DNA of 64,000 nucleotides from a virus. The position numbers and the translations under genes are program-made. Within the stretch, counting starts at the first letter, position 1. Every line of letters begins with the position of its first letter. The notes below the pieces were generated by a model. It saw nothing but the letters and a program-made list of their open reading frames with translations, did not search any database and was not told the origin of the DNA. Positions 1 through 9,460 of this stretch are shown in pieces. Location: the IMG/VR virus record IMGVR_UViG_3300025018_000101, positions 64,001-128,000 of that record; one strand, given 5' to 3'.

Positions 1-897
1 TGGCGCATTGTCACCGCGGACGTAGCACACACGCGCGCGGGGTGGCAGTACCAGATCGGACACGAGCCGCTGGAGGGGGACGGGACTACGGAGTTCCACC
101 TTCCGGCCGTCACGCAGACGCTGGTCTCGGATGACGCCGCCGGGAGTCGGGCTACGCTCGGCACACGCCGCCTGGCGACACAGGCAGCGCCGCCGATCCC
201 CCTCGAAGTGTGGGCGGAGTTCCTCGGGTGGTACATCTCCGGGGGCAACACGGTGTACAAAAGTGCGGGGATGGATTCTCGGTACGCGGTCAGGATCACG
301 CAGCGTGAGAGCGCCAACCCCGCCGAGTGCTCGCGGATTGAGGCCCTGCTCGACGCCCTCCCGTGGACGTGGTCGAAGTACGCCGACGCGTACTCCATTC
401 CTTCCAAGCAGCTCGCTGAGTACTGCCGCCGCTTCGGCCGGTCGGTGGACAAGTTCCTCCCGTCAGAAGTCTTCACCTGGCCGGTCGCTGCCCGTGAGCG
501 CCTCCTGTCGGCGCTCATGGCCGGTGACGGGCGCACGTACTCCAAGCGCAAGGTCGGGCACAGTTACACGGAGGCGGTATACAGTACCGTGAGTCCCCAG
601 CTCGCACGGGATGTCGAGGCGCTCGCCATAGGCCTCGGGAGCGCCGTGAGCATCACGACGCAAGTCGACAACCGGGAGGAGCGGTACCGGGACGTCTACG
701 ACGTCAGGGTCATCCAGGCGAAGGTAGCACCGGTCCGGACACGCAGGCACATGACGCGGCCTGACGGGAGTCGCGGCTACGTGGCGAACGCGGCGTTCAC
801 GACGCTCGACTATCACGGCACGGTGTACTGCGCTACGGTACCGGGAGGGCTCCTGTACGTCCGCCGGGGTACGCCCAGCGGCCACTGGAACGGGAAC
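1..897 (+). mobile_element. Intein (C-terminal portion) with LAGLIDADG homing endonuclease domain, inserted in the RNAP beta region
   Basis: LAGLIDADG-like helices EFLGWYISGG and LLSALMAGDG. Block F/G YHGTVYCATVPGGLLYVRR...WNGN is followed by Ser (898-900), where RpoB-like sequence SGAVGVDLR resumes. Confidence 0.9.
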
Positions 898-3800
898 TCG
901 GGCGCGGTCGGCGTCGACCTGCGGTCGGCGTCCTACCTGCACGTCGACGAGCGCGGCAACATGTACACGCCGCTCATCAACGTCCGCACGAAGAAGGTGG
1001 AGCTCGTCTCGGCCGCGACGATGAGCAAGAGCAAGGTCGCGTTCGAGGGGACGGACCTGAAGAAGACGCGGGTCCCGGCGATGGACGGCGGGCAGGTCCG
1101 CGACGTCCTGTCGAAGGACGTCGCCTTCATGCTGCCGTCCACCCTGTCGAAGCACTCCCCGTCGAGCTCGCTCGTGCCGATGATGGGGGGCTCCCAGGGC
1201 AACCGCCTCATCATGGGCAGCAAGCATCAGACCCAGGCGGTGCCCCTGAAGCACCGCCAGGCGCCGCTCGTCCAGGTGGCCGCCGGTGATGGCACGTCCA
1301 TGGAGGCCAAGTTCGCCGAGTGGCACATCCCCAAGGCCCTCGAGGCGGGCACCGTCCAGAAGATCGACATGAGCCGCGGCCGCATCATCATCGCGCCCAA
1401 GAGCGGCGGAGACCCCGTGGCCTACGAGTTCGCCAACAACTACCCACTGGCCAGCAAGACCCGACTCCACCATGACGTCACGCTCAAGCCCGGCGATACG
1501 GTGACGAAGGGCCAGGTCCTGGCCGACAGCAACTTCACCCAGGGCGGGGTGATGGCCAACGGCCGGAACCTCCACACGGCCTACATGGCCTACCACGGCC
1601 TGAACAGCAACGACGCCTTCGTCATCTCCGAGAGCGCCTCGGAACTCCTGACGTCCGAGCACATGTACCGAGAGACCCTGAGCCTGCAGCGCGGGGTCGA
1701 GACGAGCGTCGAGATCCACAAGCGCCACTTCGGCTCCCGCTTCCCCGCCACCGCCTATGGCAACCTGGACGCGGACGGGGTGGTCAAGAGCGGCACCGTC
1801 ATCAAGACCGGCGACCTCATCGTCGCCGCCGTGGTCAAGCGGACGCCCTCGGCCGAGGACGCCATGCTCGGCCGCCTGAACAAGTCCCTCGTCAAGCCCT
1901 ACGGCGACGCATCGATCACCTGGACCCACGGCGGCGACGGCAGGGTCACTGAGGTCCACAAGTCGAAGAGCTCGGTCACCGTTCTGGTGTATACTGAGGA
2001 AAAGATGAAGGTCGGGGACAAGCTCTCTGGCAGGTTCGGCAACAAGGGGGTCGTCTCGAAGATCATCCCCGACGACCAGATGCCACGGGATGAGTCCGGC
2101 AGGCCTATCGAGTTGATCGCGACGTCCGCGGGCGTGGTCTCGCGCATCAACCCTGCCCAGGTCCTCGAGCGGGCGTATGGCAAGGTGGCGCTCAAGACGG
2201 GGCAGCCGATCCTGGTCGACCAGTACCCGAAGCACAGCATGGTGGAGCACGCCACCGCGCTGCTGAAGGAGCACGGCGTCAAGGACAAGGAGACGCTCTA
2301 CGACCCCATCTCGGGCAGGTCGGTGCCAGGCATCGCGGTCGGGCCGACGTTCCAGATGAAGATGTTCAAGTCCACGGACACGAACTTCTCGACGCGGTCC
2401 ACGGGGTCGTACGACGTCAACGAGCAGCCAACCAAGGGCGGCGAGGCGGGCGCCAAGAGCATCGGCCGTATGGACTTTTACGCCCTGGTGGGTCACGGCG
2501 CGACGAACCTGCTCAAGGAGAGCGCGTCGATCAAGGGCCAGCGCAACGACGAGTACTGGAAGCGGGTCCAGATGGGACTGCCCGAGGGCCCCGTGAAGAC
2601 CCCCTTCGCCTGGAGCAAGTTCCAGTCGATGTTGACTGGCGCCGGCATCAACGTGACGAAGAAGGGCAACACCCTGACCCTGGCTCCGCTGACGGACAAG
2701 GACGTGATGGCGCTGGCGCCACGAGCCATCCAGAACGCTGGTGTCGTCAAGCCGAAGGTGACTCGCGAGGGCACGCAGGTGGTCCCGGAGACGGGTGGCC
2801 TCTTCGACCCGGTGGCGACAGGCGGCGTGTCCGGAACGAAGTGGAGCCGCATCGACCTCGTCGAGCCTGTGGTGAACCCCATCTTCGAGGACACGGTCAA
2901 GACGCTGACCGGGATGGGAGGCAAGGAGTTTGACGCCTTCCAGCACGGAGCTGGCGGCCACGAGATGCGCAAGCGCTTGAACGCCATCGATCTGGACGAC
3001 AAGAGCGCGGAGCTGGAGGCGTCCATCAGGAGGAACCTGCGCGGGGGTCCCGGCAGGGAGGCGCTGGTCGACCGCGACGTCAAGACGCTCAAGTCGGTCC
3101 GGGCGCTGAAGAAGATGGGCATGCAGGCCGGGGATGCCTACGTCATCTCCACGGTGCCGGTCGTGCCTCCTGTCATGCGCGGGGTGGTGTCGGGGACGGG
3201 CGGGGCGGTGATGGTGTCGGACGCGAACTTCCTCTACAAGGACCTGCTGCTGACCAACAACGCCATCCGTGACATGCCGCAGGAGCTCCGGGCCATCGAG
3301 GACATGAGCGACCATCGCCGCAACCTGTCCGCCGCAGTCGCGGCCGTCGTGGGCACCGGCGACCCCATCAACGACAAGACGAAGGCGCGGGCCGTGCGCG
3401 GGTTCATGCAGCAGGCCGCCGGCATCCGGAGTCCGAAAGAGGGCTACTTCCAGAGCCGGCTCATCAAGCGGCGCCAGGACCTGTCGGGTCGCGGCACCAT
3501 CGCTCCGGACCCGAGCCTGGGCATTGACTCGGTCGGTCTGCCGGAAGAGATGATGTGGACGCAGTTCAAGCCGTTCGTCATCAAGAACCTGGTCAAGCGG
3601 GGCTACTCAACCAACGACGCCCTCCGCATGGTCGACGAGAAGCACCCGACGGCGAAGATCGAGCTCCTTGAGGAGGCCAAGCGGCGCCCCATCCTGATGA
3701 ACCGGGCCCCGACGCTGCACCGCTACAACATGGTCGCGGCCTACGCCACGCCGGTCGACGGCAAGACCATCTTCATCAGCCCCTTCTACGAGAAGTTGGG

Positions 3801-4149
3801 CAACGCGGACTACGATGGCGACGCCATGCAGGTCCACGTCCCGGTCACGGACAAGGGCATCGCGGACGCCAGGCGCATGACCATCAGCGCCCTGGCCATG
3901 CACGACGGGAGCAAAGGCGTCGCCATCGCAACTCCGCAGCACGAGGCGATCATCGGCACGTACATGGCGACCAAGCCGATGCTGCCCGGCCCTGCGCGCG
4001 CCTTCAAGACGCGTGGCGATGCGCTGGCCGCCTACGGGCGGGGCGAGATCAAGATCAACTCCCCCATCACGGTGGATAAGACAACCCAGACGGCCATCGA
4101 GGCCCCGGTGACCGTCTTCCCCGCCGCGGGGACCGGCAAAGCGCACTGA
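1..4149 (+). CDS. rpoBC: Phage multisubunit RNA polymerase: beta (C-terminal part) fused to beta' (N-terminal part), intein-containing; 5'-truncated by window edge
   Basis: Frame is open from base 1. Beta motifs: GNRLIMGSKHQTQAVPL, GDKLSGRFGNKGVVSKIIPDDQMP, SRINPAQVLE. Beta' motifs: GGLFDP, VPVVPPVMR, RRQDLSGRGTIAPDP, LMNRAPTLHR, and catalytic NADYDGD at 3802-3822. Confidence 0.95.
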   Translation, partial: WRIVTADVAHTRAGWQYQIGHEPLEGDGTTEFHLPAVTQTLVSDDAAGSRATLGTRRLATQAAPPIPLEVWAEFLGWYISGGNTVYKSAGMDSRYAVRITQRESANPAECSRIEALLDALPWTWSKYADAYSIPSKQLAEYCRRFGRSVDKFLPSEVFTWPVAARERLLSALMAGDGRTYSKRKVGHSYTEAVYSTVSPQLARDVEALAIGLGSAVSITTQVDNREERYRDVYDVRVIQAKVAPVRTRRHMTRPDGSRGYVANAAFTTLDYHGTVYCATVPGGLLYVRRGTPSGHWNGNSGAVGVDLRSASYLHVDERGNMYTPLINVRTKKVELVSAATMSKSKVAFEGTDLKKTRVPAMDGGQVRDVLSKDVAFMLPSTLSKHSPSSSLVPMMGGSQGNRLIMGSKHQTQAVPLKHRQAPLVQVAAGDGTSMEAKFAEWHIPKALEAGTVQKIDMSRGRIIIAPKSGGDPVAYEFANNYPLASKTRLHHDVTLKPGDTVTKGQVLADSNFTQGGVMANGRNLHTAYMAYHGLNSNDAFVISESASELLTSEHMYRETLSLQRGVETSVEIHKRHFGSRFPATAYGNLDADGVVKSGTVIKTGDLIVAAVVKRTPSAEDAMLGRLNKSLVKPYGDASITWTHGGDGRVTEVHKSKSSVTVLVYTEEKMKVGDKLSGRFGNKGVVSKIIPDDQMPRDESGRPIELIATSAGVVSRINPAQVLERAYGKVALKTGQPILVDQYPKHSMVEHATALLKEHGVKDKETLYDPISGRSVPGIAVGPTFQMKMFKSTDTNFSTRSTGSYDVNEQPTKGGEAGAKSIGRMDFYALVGHGATNLLKESASIKGQRNDEYWKRVQMGLPEGPVKTPFAWSKFQSMLTGAGINVTKKGNTLTLAPLTDKDVMALAPRAIQNAGVVKPKVTREGTQVVPETGGLFDPVATGGVSGTKWSRIDLVEPVVNPIFEDTVKTLTGMGGKEFDAFQHGAGGHEMRKRLNAIDLDDKSAELEASIRRNLRGGPGREALVDRDVKTLKSVRALKKMGMQAGDAYVISTVPVVPPVMRGVVSGTGGAVMVSDANFLYKDLLLTNNAIRDMPQELRAIEDMSDHRRNLSAAVAAVVGTGDPINDKTKARAVRGFMQQAAGIRSPKEGYFQSRLIKRRQDLSGRGTIAPDPSLGIDSVGLPEEMMWTQFKPFVIKNLVKRGYSTNDALRMVDEKHPTAKIELLEEAKRRPILMNRAPTLHRYNMVAAYATPVDGKTIFISPFYEKLGNADYDGDAMQVHVPVTDKGIADARRMTISALAMHDGSKGVAIATPQHEAIIGTYMATKPMLPGPARAFKTRGDALAAYGRGEIKINSPITVDKTTQTAIEAPVTVFPAAGTGKAH

Positions 4150-4164
4150 CCCCTGGAGGTTCGC

Positions 4165-5040
4165 ATGAACGGTGTCAACGACTGGATCGCACGCGTGGAG
4201 GCCGGCCGCCAGGCGCACCCCTCGGTGCTCATGAACCGGCCTCAGGGTCGCCGCGAGGACCCCGTCACATGGGGGGCCTCAACGCACTACGGCGACAACG
4301 CCCTGGGACGCAACGGCATGGGCGCGCGCAAGCAGGCGGCCGCGGAGGAAGCGGAGGAACCGAGCCGCTGGGCCGGCGCCTGGCGCGGGCTCAAGGGCGG
4401 CCTCCGTGGCGGCGCTCTCGCGGGGGGGCTCGCTGGCGCGGGCTCGGGTCTCGTCCACAGCATCGCCGAAGGAGACGCGGGGAGTGCTCCCGCCTACGCA
4501 CTGTTCGGTGGCCTCGGCAGCGGCATCGTTGGGGGTCTCGCAGGCATGGGATACGGGGCCATCCTGGGCGCGGGCTACCCGGACCCTGCCGCGGAGAAGG
4601 ACCTGCCGTGGTACAGGAGCCCCGCGGTCGCGGGTGCCGTGCTTGGGACGGGCATCGGAACCGCTCGGGGCGTGAAAGGGCTGCTCGACAAGAAGCATGA
4701 CTGGGGGGCCGCTGCCGAGGGCGCAGCACTGTCCGGCGCGATCGCCGCCGGCGCTGGCTTGGGCGTCAGTAAGGCCAACGAGCGCTACCTCGCCCAGCAG
4801 GCGGAGAAGTCTGCCTTCGTGGGCGCGGTCGCCCGCAAGCTCGTCTCCAGCCTCGGCGGGAGGGCCCTGGGGACTGCGGGCGCTCAGGGGGCCGCTGCCG
4901 TCGGCGAGGGCCTGGCGACCAAGGCGGCCCCGAGCCTGCTCCGCAAAGCCACCGCCCCCGTGCTCTCGGCCGCGTCGCTCGGCTCGTCCATGGCGACGAT
5001 GCGCCCGACGGCTGCCACCTTCGCTCCGGTGAAGTACTGA
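4165..5040 (+). CDS. Glycine-zipper membrane-type protein with KxA motifs, located between the RNAP genes
   Basis: GGAGG RBS; GxxxG-rich hydrophobic segments between KQA and KSA; TGATG overlap with next gene. Confidence 0.8.
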   Translation: MNGVNDWIARVEAGRQAHPSVLMNRPQGRREDPVTWGASTHYGDNALGRNGMGARKQAAAEEAEEPSRWAGAWRGLKGGLRGGALAGGLAGAGSGLVHSIAEGDAGSAPAYALFGGLGSGIVGGLAGMGYGAILGAGYPDPAAEKDLPWYRSPAVAGAVLGTGIGTARGVKGLLDKKHDWGAAAEGAALSGAIAAGAGLGVSKANERYLAQQAEKSAFVGAVARKLVSSLGGRALGTAGAQGAAAVGEGLATKAAPSLLRKATAPVLSAASLGSSMATMRPTAATFAPVKY

Positions 5041-6863
5041 TGGCCACTCGCGACAACAACAAGCACACTACGCTCGGCCGTCTGCTCATCAACGACTCGC
5101 TGCCGCCGGAGCTCCGTACGGATGAGCAGCTCGGCAAGAAACAGATCAACCGCATCCTGTCCAGCGTGGCCAGGAACACGCCCGAGCAGTACGGCTCGGT
5201 CGCCCAGAACGTGAAGCGGTCGGGCGACTACGTTGCCACGCTGGCCGGGCTCAGCGTCGGCCTTGAGGACGTCGCCCCCCAGCGTGCACGACGCGACCCG
5301 ATCGTCAAAGACGCCCTCGGCCGCTTGCGCAAGGCCACGACGGACGCCCAACGGAGAGTCATCCTGTCGGAGGCGCAGGGCAAGATGATGAAGATCACGC
5401 CCGACCACCCATCGGACATGGCGCTGATGGCAGCCGCCGGCGGCCGCGGCTCCACGGCGCAGTTGATGCGCACGGTGGCCGCACCTGTCGCGGCCGCGGA
5501 CAAGAACGGGGCGCCCCTGCCGTGGCTGATTCAGCGGTCGTACTCCGAGGGGCTCAGACCGGATGAGTCCTGGGTGGCCGGGATCGAATCCCGCAACCTC
5601 GCCATCCAGACGAAGGAGTCCGTGCAGGAGCCCGGCGCGTTCGGCAAGGTCTTGATCGCCAACATGAGCGACATGGTCATCTCGTCGGAAGACTGCGGTA
5701 CCCGCAACGGCACCATCATGCACGTCTCCGACCCGCAGCTCGTCGACCGCGTCCTGGCCGCGGCCGCCGGTCCTGTTGCCGCCGGGACCATCGTCACCGC
5801 GCAGGTCGTCCGAGACCTGCGCAAGGCCGACGTCAAGGACGTCAAGGCCAGGACCCCCCTGACGTGCGAGATGGGCTCCGGCGTGTGCTCGGTATGTATG
5901 GGCGCCGACGAGTGGGGCAAATTGCCCCGTCTGAACACGAACGTCGGTGTCCGCGCCGCCCAGGCCATGAGCGAGCCCCTGACGCAGTTCGCCCTCTCCG
6001 CCAAGCACGGGGCGGGGACACTGAGTGGCGCCGGTAGGCCCTCCATGCAGGGCCTGACGGGCTTGAAGAACTTCCTCGACTTCCCGAAGTCGTTCTCTGA
6101 CCGAGCGATTCTGACGAGCCGGACCGGCGTGGTCACCCGCGTGGCCAAAGCCCCCCAGGGCGGGTGGTACGTCGACGTCGACCGCGTCGAGCACTACCTG
6201 TCGCCGCGGACGCCTCCGACGGTTCATCAGGGGCAGCACGTGGACGTCGGCGACGTACTGTCCGAGGGCGTCCCGACGCCAGACGACGTCGTACGGCTCA
6301 AGGATATGGGGGCAGGCCGGCAGCACGTCGCCGACGTCGTGCACGGCATCTACGCCGCCCAGGGGGCGAACCTTGACAAACGCCACATGGAGCTGCTCGC
6401 CAAGAGCCACCTGAACTGGGTGCGCGTAGTCGACGACCCCGACGGCGACCTGCTGCCGGGCGAGATCGTGCCTTACTCCTCGACGATGAGCCGCTACGGC
6501 GAGAGCAACACCGAGATGGCCGTGCAGGCCGCCACGGGCAAGGTCCTGTCCGTGCCAGCGCTTCAGTACACGGCAGGCACCACCCTGACGCCGCAGATCG
6601 TGGCGTCGCTCAAGGGTGGCGGTGTGTCGAAAGTGCGTGTATACAATGGGAACCTCAGGACTCGTCCTGTCGTCAAGTCCCTTACGCGGAGCCCGCTGCT
6701 CGATGCGCGCTGGATGAGGCGGCTCGGGCACCGGTACCTGAAGAAGTCTCTTGTCGAGGGAGCGGCTGCTGGCGATGAATCATCGATCCACGACACAGAC
6801 CCTATCGCCGCCTACGCTTACGGGGCGGAGTTCGGGGACAATCCCTCTGGCGTTGGCTATTGA
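5040..6863 (+). CDS. rpoC: RNA polymerase beta' C-terminal half (bridge helix, second Zn site, trigger loop)
   Basis: TTLGRLLIN, GGRGSTAQL, SYSEGL, EDCGT...RTPLTC...GVCSVCMG, VGVRAAQAMSEPLTQFALSAKHGAG, DKRHMELL. Confidence 0.93.
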   Translation: MATRDNNKHTTLGRLLINDSLPPELRTDEQLGKKQINRILSSVARNTPEQYGSVAQNVKRSGDYVATLAGLSVGLEDVAPQRARRDPIVKDALGRLRKATTDAQRRVILSEAQGKMMKITPDHPSDMALMAAAGGRGSTAQLMRTVAAPVAAADKNGAPLPWLIQRSYSEGLRPDESWVAGIESRNLAIQTKESVQEPGAFGKVLIANMSDMVISSEDCGTRNGTIMHVSDPQLVDRVLAAAAGPVAAGTIVTAQVVRDLRKADVKDVKARTPLTCEMGSGVCSVCMGADEWGKLPRLNTNVGVRAAQAMSEPLTQFALSAKHGAGTLSGAGRPSMQGLTGLKNFLDFPKSFSDRAILTSRTGVVTRVAKAPQGGWYVDVDRVEHYLSPRTPPTVHQGQHVDVGDVLSEGVPTPDDVVRLKDMGAGRQHVADVVHGIYAAQGANLDKRHMELLAKSHLNWVRVVDDPDGDLLPGEIVPYSSTMSRYGESNTEMAVQAATGKVLSVPALQYTAGTTLTPQIVASLKGGGVSKVRVYNGNLRTRPVVKSLTRSPLLDARWMRRLGHRYLKKSLVEGAAAGDESSIHDTDPIAAYAYGAEFGDNPSGVGY

Positions 6864-8319
6864 CCGTAGCCGCGGCAAGGAGGCAGGGATCGCGGACATG
6901 ATGGCGCGGGTCAAGACCCTCGCGCAGGGGACGCGCCCCATGGAGCTGGTGGACCGGGCACAGTCGGCCCTCCGCGCGCTACCGGCGGGCAAGCAGCTCT
7001 TCGGCCGTGGTGCCCTCAGCCAGTTCATCCCAAAGTCGCAGCAGGTAGTCTCGCGCCTGGGCGCGTTCGACGACCACCTCTATGAAGCCAAGAAGATCGT
7101 GGCCGACTTCGAGAGGGCCGGCGTCCGGCCCCCGCCCGGACTGATCGGGCCCAACAACGAGGTGGACCTCGACCTGCTCCGCAAGCTGACCCCCTCCATG
7201 CCCGGCCTCGGCATCGGGGAGCGCATCACCCGGGCGGTGACGGGTGGACCGAAGGTCGACAAGCTGAAGGCAACTGCCACCGAGGCCGAGGCGCGCCTCG
7301 CTCAGTTCTCCAAGGCCGGGCCCCGAGACGCGTCCGAGGCCGCCACGCGCACGCACGCCGCGCAGTTGCGCCAGCTCGAGGCAGAGGCCGCGCAGGCACG
7401 CCAGCTCCACGAGATCAACGCCAGCGGCGTCTCGATGTCGCCGCAAGCCCTCTCGCAAATGCAGGCGATTCGGGCAGCCGGCCACGACATCTCGCCGCAG
7501 GAGTTCCAGCAGCTCGCCCGGGTCCGAGGCGACATCCGGTCGGGCGGCCGCGAGGCCAAAGACATGGTCATCGGCGAGGCGCCGCTGGAGGTCACGCGCC
7601 AGCGGTACATCCAGGGCGGCCTCATCGGTCCAGGCGGAGTACTGCTCGGGGACATGGCGCCGAACGTCGCTCTCCAACGGGTGGCGAAGAGGACGTGGGA
7701 CGCGGCCAAGGCGGGAGACCTCGCGACCTTCGAGAAGGAGCTCAAACCCACTCTCGGCCGTGGCCTCGGCTACGCCCTCGGCGCCGGGTTCACGTACGGC
7801 ATGATCCCGGGCAGCGCCAAAGACACCTACGACATGGCCCAGGAGTCAGGGGAGAGCCCTGGCAGGGCCGTGGCGGCCAACCTCGCGGGCTCGGTGCTGA
7901 ACGTGGTCTCGTCGCCGCTCGGCATGGGACAGATGCTGCTCTACGACCCGGCCATGAAGCTCGTCAATCGCGGCTTCGGCACCAAGAGCTACGACGAGAT
8001 GTCTCAGGCCGTGGCGAACCGGGCCGTGGCGCAGCAAGCGACTACCCGGGCGTCTGCGGCCACGTCCGCGTTTCCGGGGCGCGCCCGCGCGGCTGCACCA
8101 CCCGCAACCGGGGCCCCTATGGCGCCGCAGGGCGCTGCGCCTACGCCCCCTATGCCCCTCCTTCGCGCACCCGGTGGTGCCGCCCCGGCCTATCCAGCGA
8201 CACCCGCACCCGCCGTACCCCGGCCGTCGCTACCCACACCGCCTGTACTCGCGCCGCAGCGGCCGCCCACGTTGAGCGGCCCTCGGCCTGTTATTGTACC
8301 GCCACGTCAACCCATGTAG
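6853..8319 (+). CDS. Hypothetical head-region protein with hydrophobic Gly-rich segments and Pro/Ala-rich tail (start TTG 6853 or ATG 6898)
   Basis: Long ORF with typical codon usage filling the gap; start ambiguous. Confidence 0.75.
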   Translation: MAIDRSRGKEAGIADMMARVKTLAQGTRPMELVDRAQSALRALPAGKQLFGRGALSQFIPKSQQVVSRLGAFDDHLYEAKKIVADFERAGVRPPPGLIGPNNEVDLDLLRKLTPSMPGLGIGERITRAVTGGPKVDKLKATATEAEARLAQFSKAGPRDASEAATRTHAAQLRQLEAEAAQARQLHEINASGVSMSPQALSQMQAIRAAGHDISPQEFQQLARVRGDIRSGGREAKDMVIGEAPLEVTRQRYIQGGLIGPGGVLLGDMAPNVALQRVAKRTWDAAKAGDLATFEKELKPTLGRGLGYALGAGFTYGMIPGSAKDTYDMAQESGESPGRAVAANLAGSVLNVVSSPLGMGQMLLYDPAMKLVNRGFGTKSYDEMSQAVANRAVAQQATTRASAATSAFPGRARAAAPPATGAPMAPQGAAPTPPMPLLRAPGGAAPAYPATPAPAVPRPSLPTPPVLAPQRPPTLSGPRPVIVPPRQPM

Positions 8320-8322
8320 TAT
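8294..8322 (+). promoter_or_regulatory. Sigma70-like promoter TTGTAC-N17-TAGTAT
   Basis: Hexamers at 8294-8299 and 8317-8322, about 50 nt upstream of ATG 8372. Confidence 0.55.
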
Positions 8323-8371
8323 GGGCCCGGGCGTGAGCAGCGCTCGGTCCCCGACCCACAGGAGCACCCTC

Positions 8372-9460
8372 ATGAGCAGCCTCTCCCTGACCAAGATCGC
8401 CTTTGCCCGCGGCGTTGCCAATTACCTCCAGGTGAACGGTCTGACGCGCTTCCCTGACGAGGCCCACATCAAGGCGGCCTCGACGTACGTCGCCGAGCGC
8501 GTGATGCGGGCCGACCCTCTGGACACCGCGTACACCCCCACGGATGCGCAACGCGTCGCCGAGGGGGTCTACAAGGTGAGCCAGGCGTACGCCAGGACCG
8601 GCAAGGTCGCGGCCGCCGGTGCTCCCGTGGCCGCTATCCGGACCCACGACGCCGCCTACGGCGACCTCATCCGGTGGGCGTACAAGACCGCCATGGACGA
8701 GAGCGACAACGGCGGCGGTCTCGTGGCGACGAGCCCCGAGCAGAACTCGCCGGCGAACGCCTCGACGCTACTGGGTCAGATCGAGAACAGCGAGCGTCCC
8801 GAGGGCTATGCGACCGTCCCGATGGGTGGCGCGAACATCCAGGACACCCCGTCGTCGGCGATCATCGGCACCGAGATGCCCGCCCCGGGCCAGGACGCCG
8901 GTACCGTGGCCGGTGGCGCCACCAACTCGCTGCAGCAGGTCTCCGACAAGGAGGCCCGCGCGCGGGGTCGCGCTCCCCTGTCCAGCCTCGAGCGCCTGCT
9001 GCGGAAGGTGGCCGAGGGTGAGAGCGACAACGGAGGCGGTCTCGTGGCGACGAGCCCCGAGCAGAACTCGCCGGCGAACGCCTCGACGCTGCTGGGTCAG
9101 ATCGAGAACAGCGAGCGTCCCGAGGGCTATGCGACCGTCCCGATGGGTGGCGCGAACATCCAGGACACCCCGTCGTCGGCGATCCTCGGCACCGAGATGC
9201 CCGCCCCGGGCCAGGACGCCGGTACCGTGGCCGGTGGCGCCACCAACTCGCTGCAGCAGGTCTCCGACAAGGAGGCTGCTGATCGGCGCTTCCTGGCGCT
9301 CAGCGCTGAGATCCTCCCGTGGCTGCCGCGCAACCTGACGGCGGCCGAGAAGGTGGCCGAGTGCCAGGCGTACGTCAACGCGTCGCCGTCGGCGCGTCTG
9401 CTCCACCGGAGCCTGCGCGCTCAGGAGTCCAAGCAGGCCTCGGCGCGCTCGCAGTACTGA
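8372..9460 (+). CDS. Putative internal head/scaffold-like polyprotein with two ~85-aa repeats
   Basis: AGGAG RBS before ATG 8372; 10 Lys, of which 9 are KxA and 1 is KxS; internal duplication. Confidence 0.85.
   Translation: MSSLSLTKIAFARGVANYLQVNGLTRFPDEAHIKAASTYVAERVMRADPLDTAYTPTDAQRVAEGVYKVSQAYARTGKVAAAGAPVAAIRTHDAAYGDLIRWAYKTAMDESDNGGGLVATSPEQNSPANASTLLGQIENSERPEGYATVPMGGANIQDTPSSAIIGTEMPAPGQDAGTVAGGATNSLQQVSDKEARARGRAPLSSLERLLRKVAEGESDNGGGLVATSPEQNSPANASTLLGQIENSERPEGYATVPMGGANIQDTPSSAILGTEMPAPGQDAGTVAGGATNSLQQVSDKEAADRRFLALSAEILPWLPRNLTAAEKVAECQAYVNASPSARLLHRSLRAQESKQASARSQY
8699..9276 (+). repeat. Direct repeat, 257 bp x2 (8699-8955, 9020-9276)
   Basis: Offset 321 bp, in frame; three substitutions seen (ggc/gga, cta/ctg, atc/ctc). 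Confidence 0.95.

Noticed and set aside
1-6863. Host chromosomal rpoBC locus
   Set aside because: No ribosomal-protein neighbours, divergent motifs, missing Zn finger, and embedded among virion genes.
898-6863. KxA sites within the RNAP subunits and tail sheath as cleavage sites
   Set aside because: Only a small fraction of their lysines match, consistent with chance.
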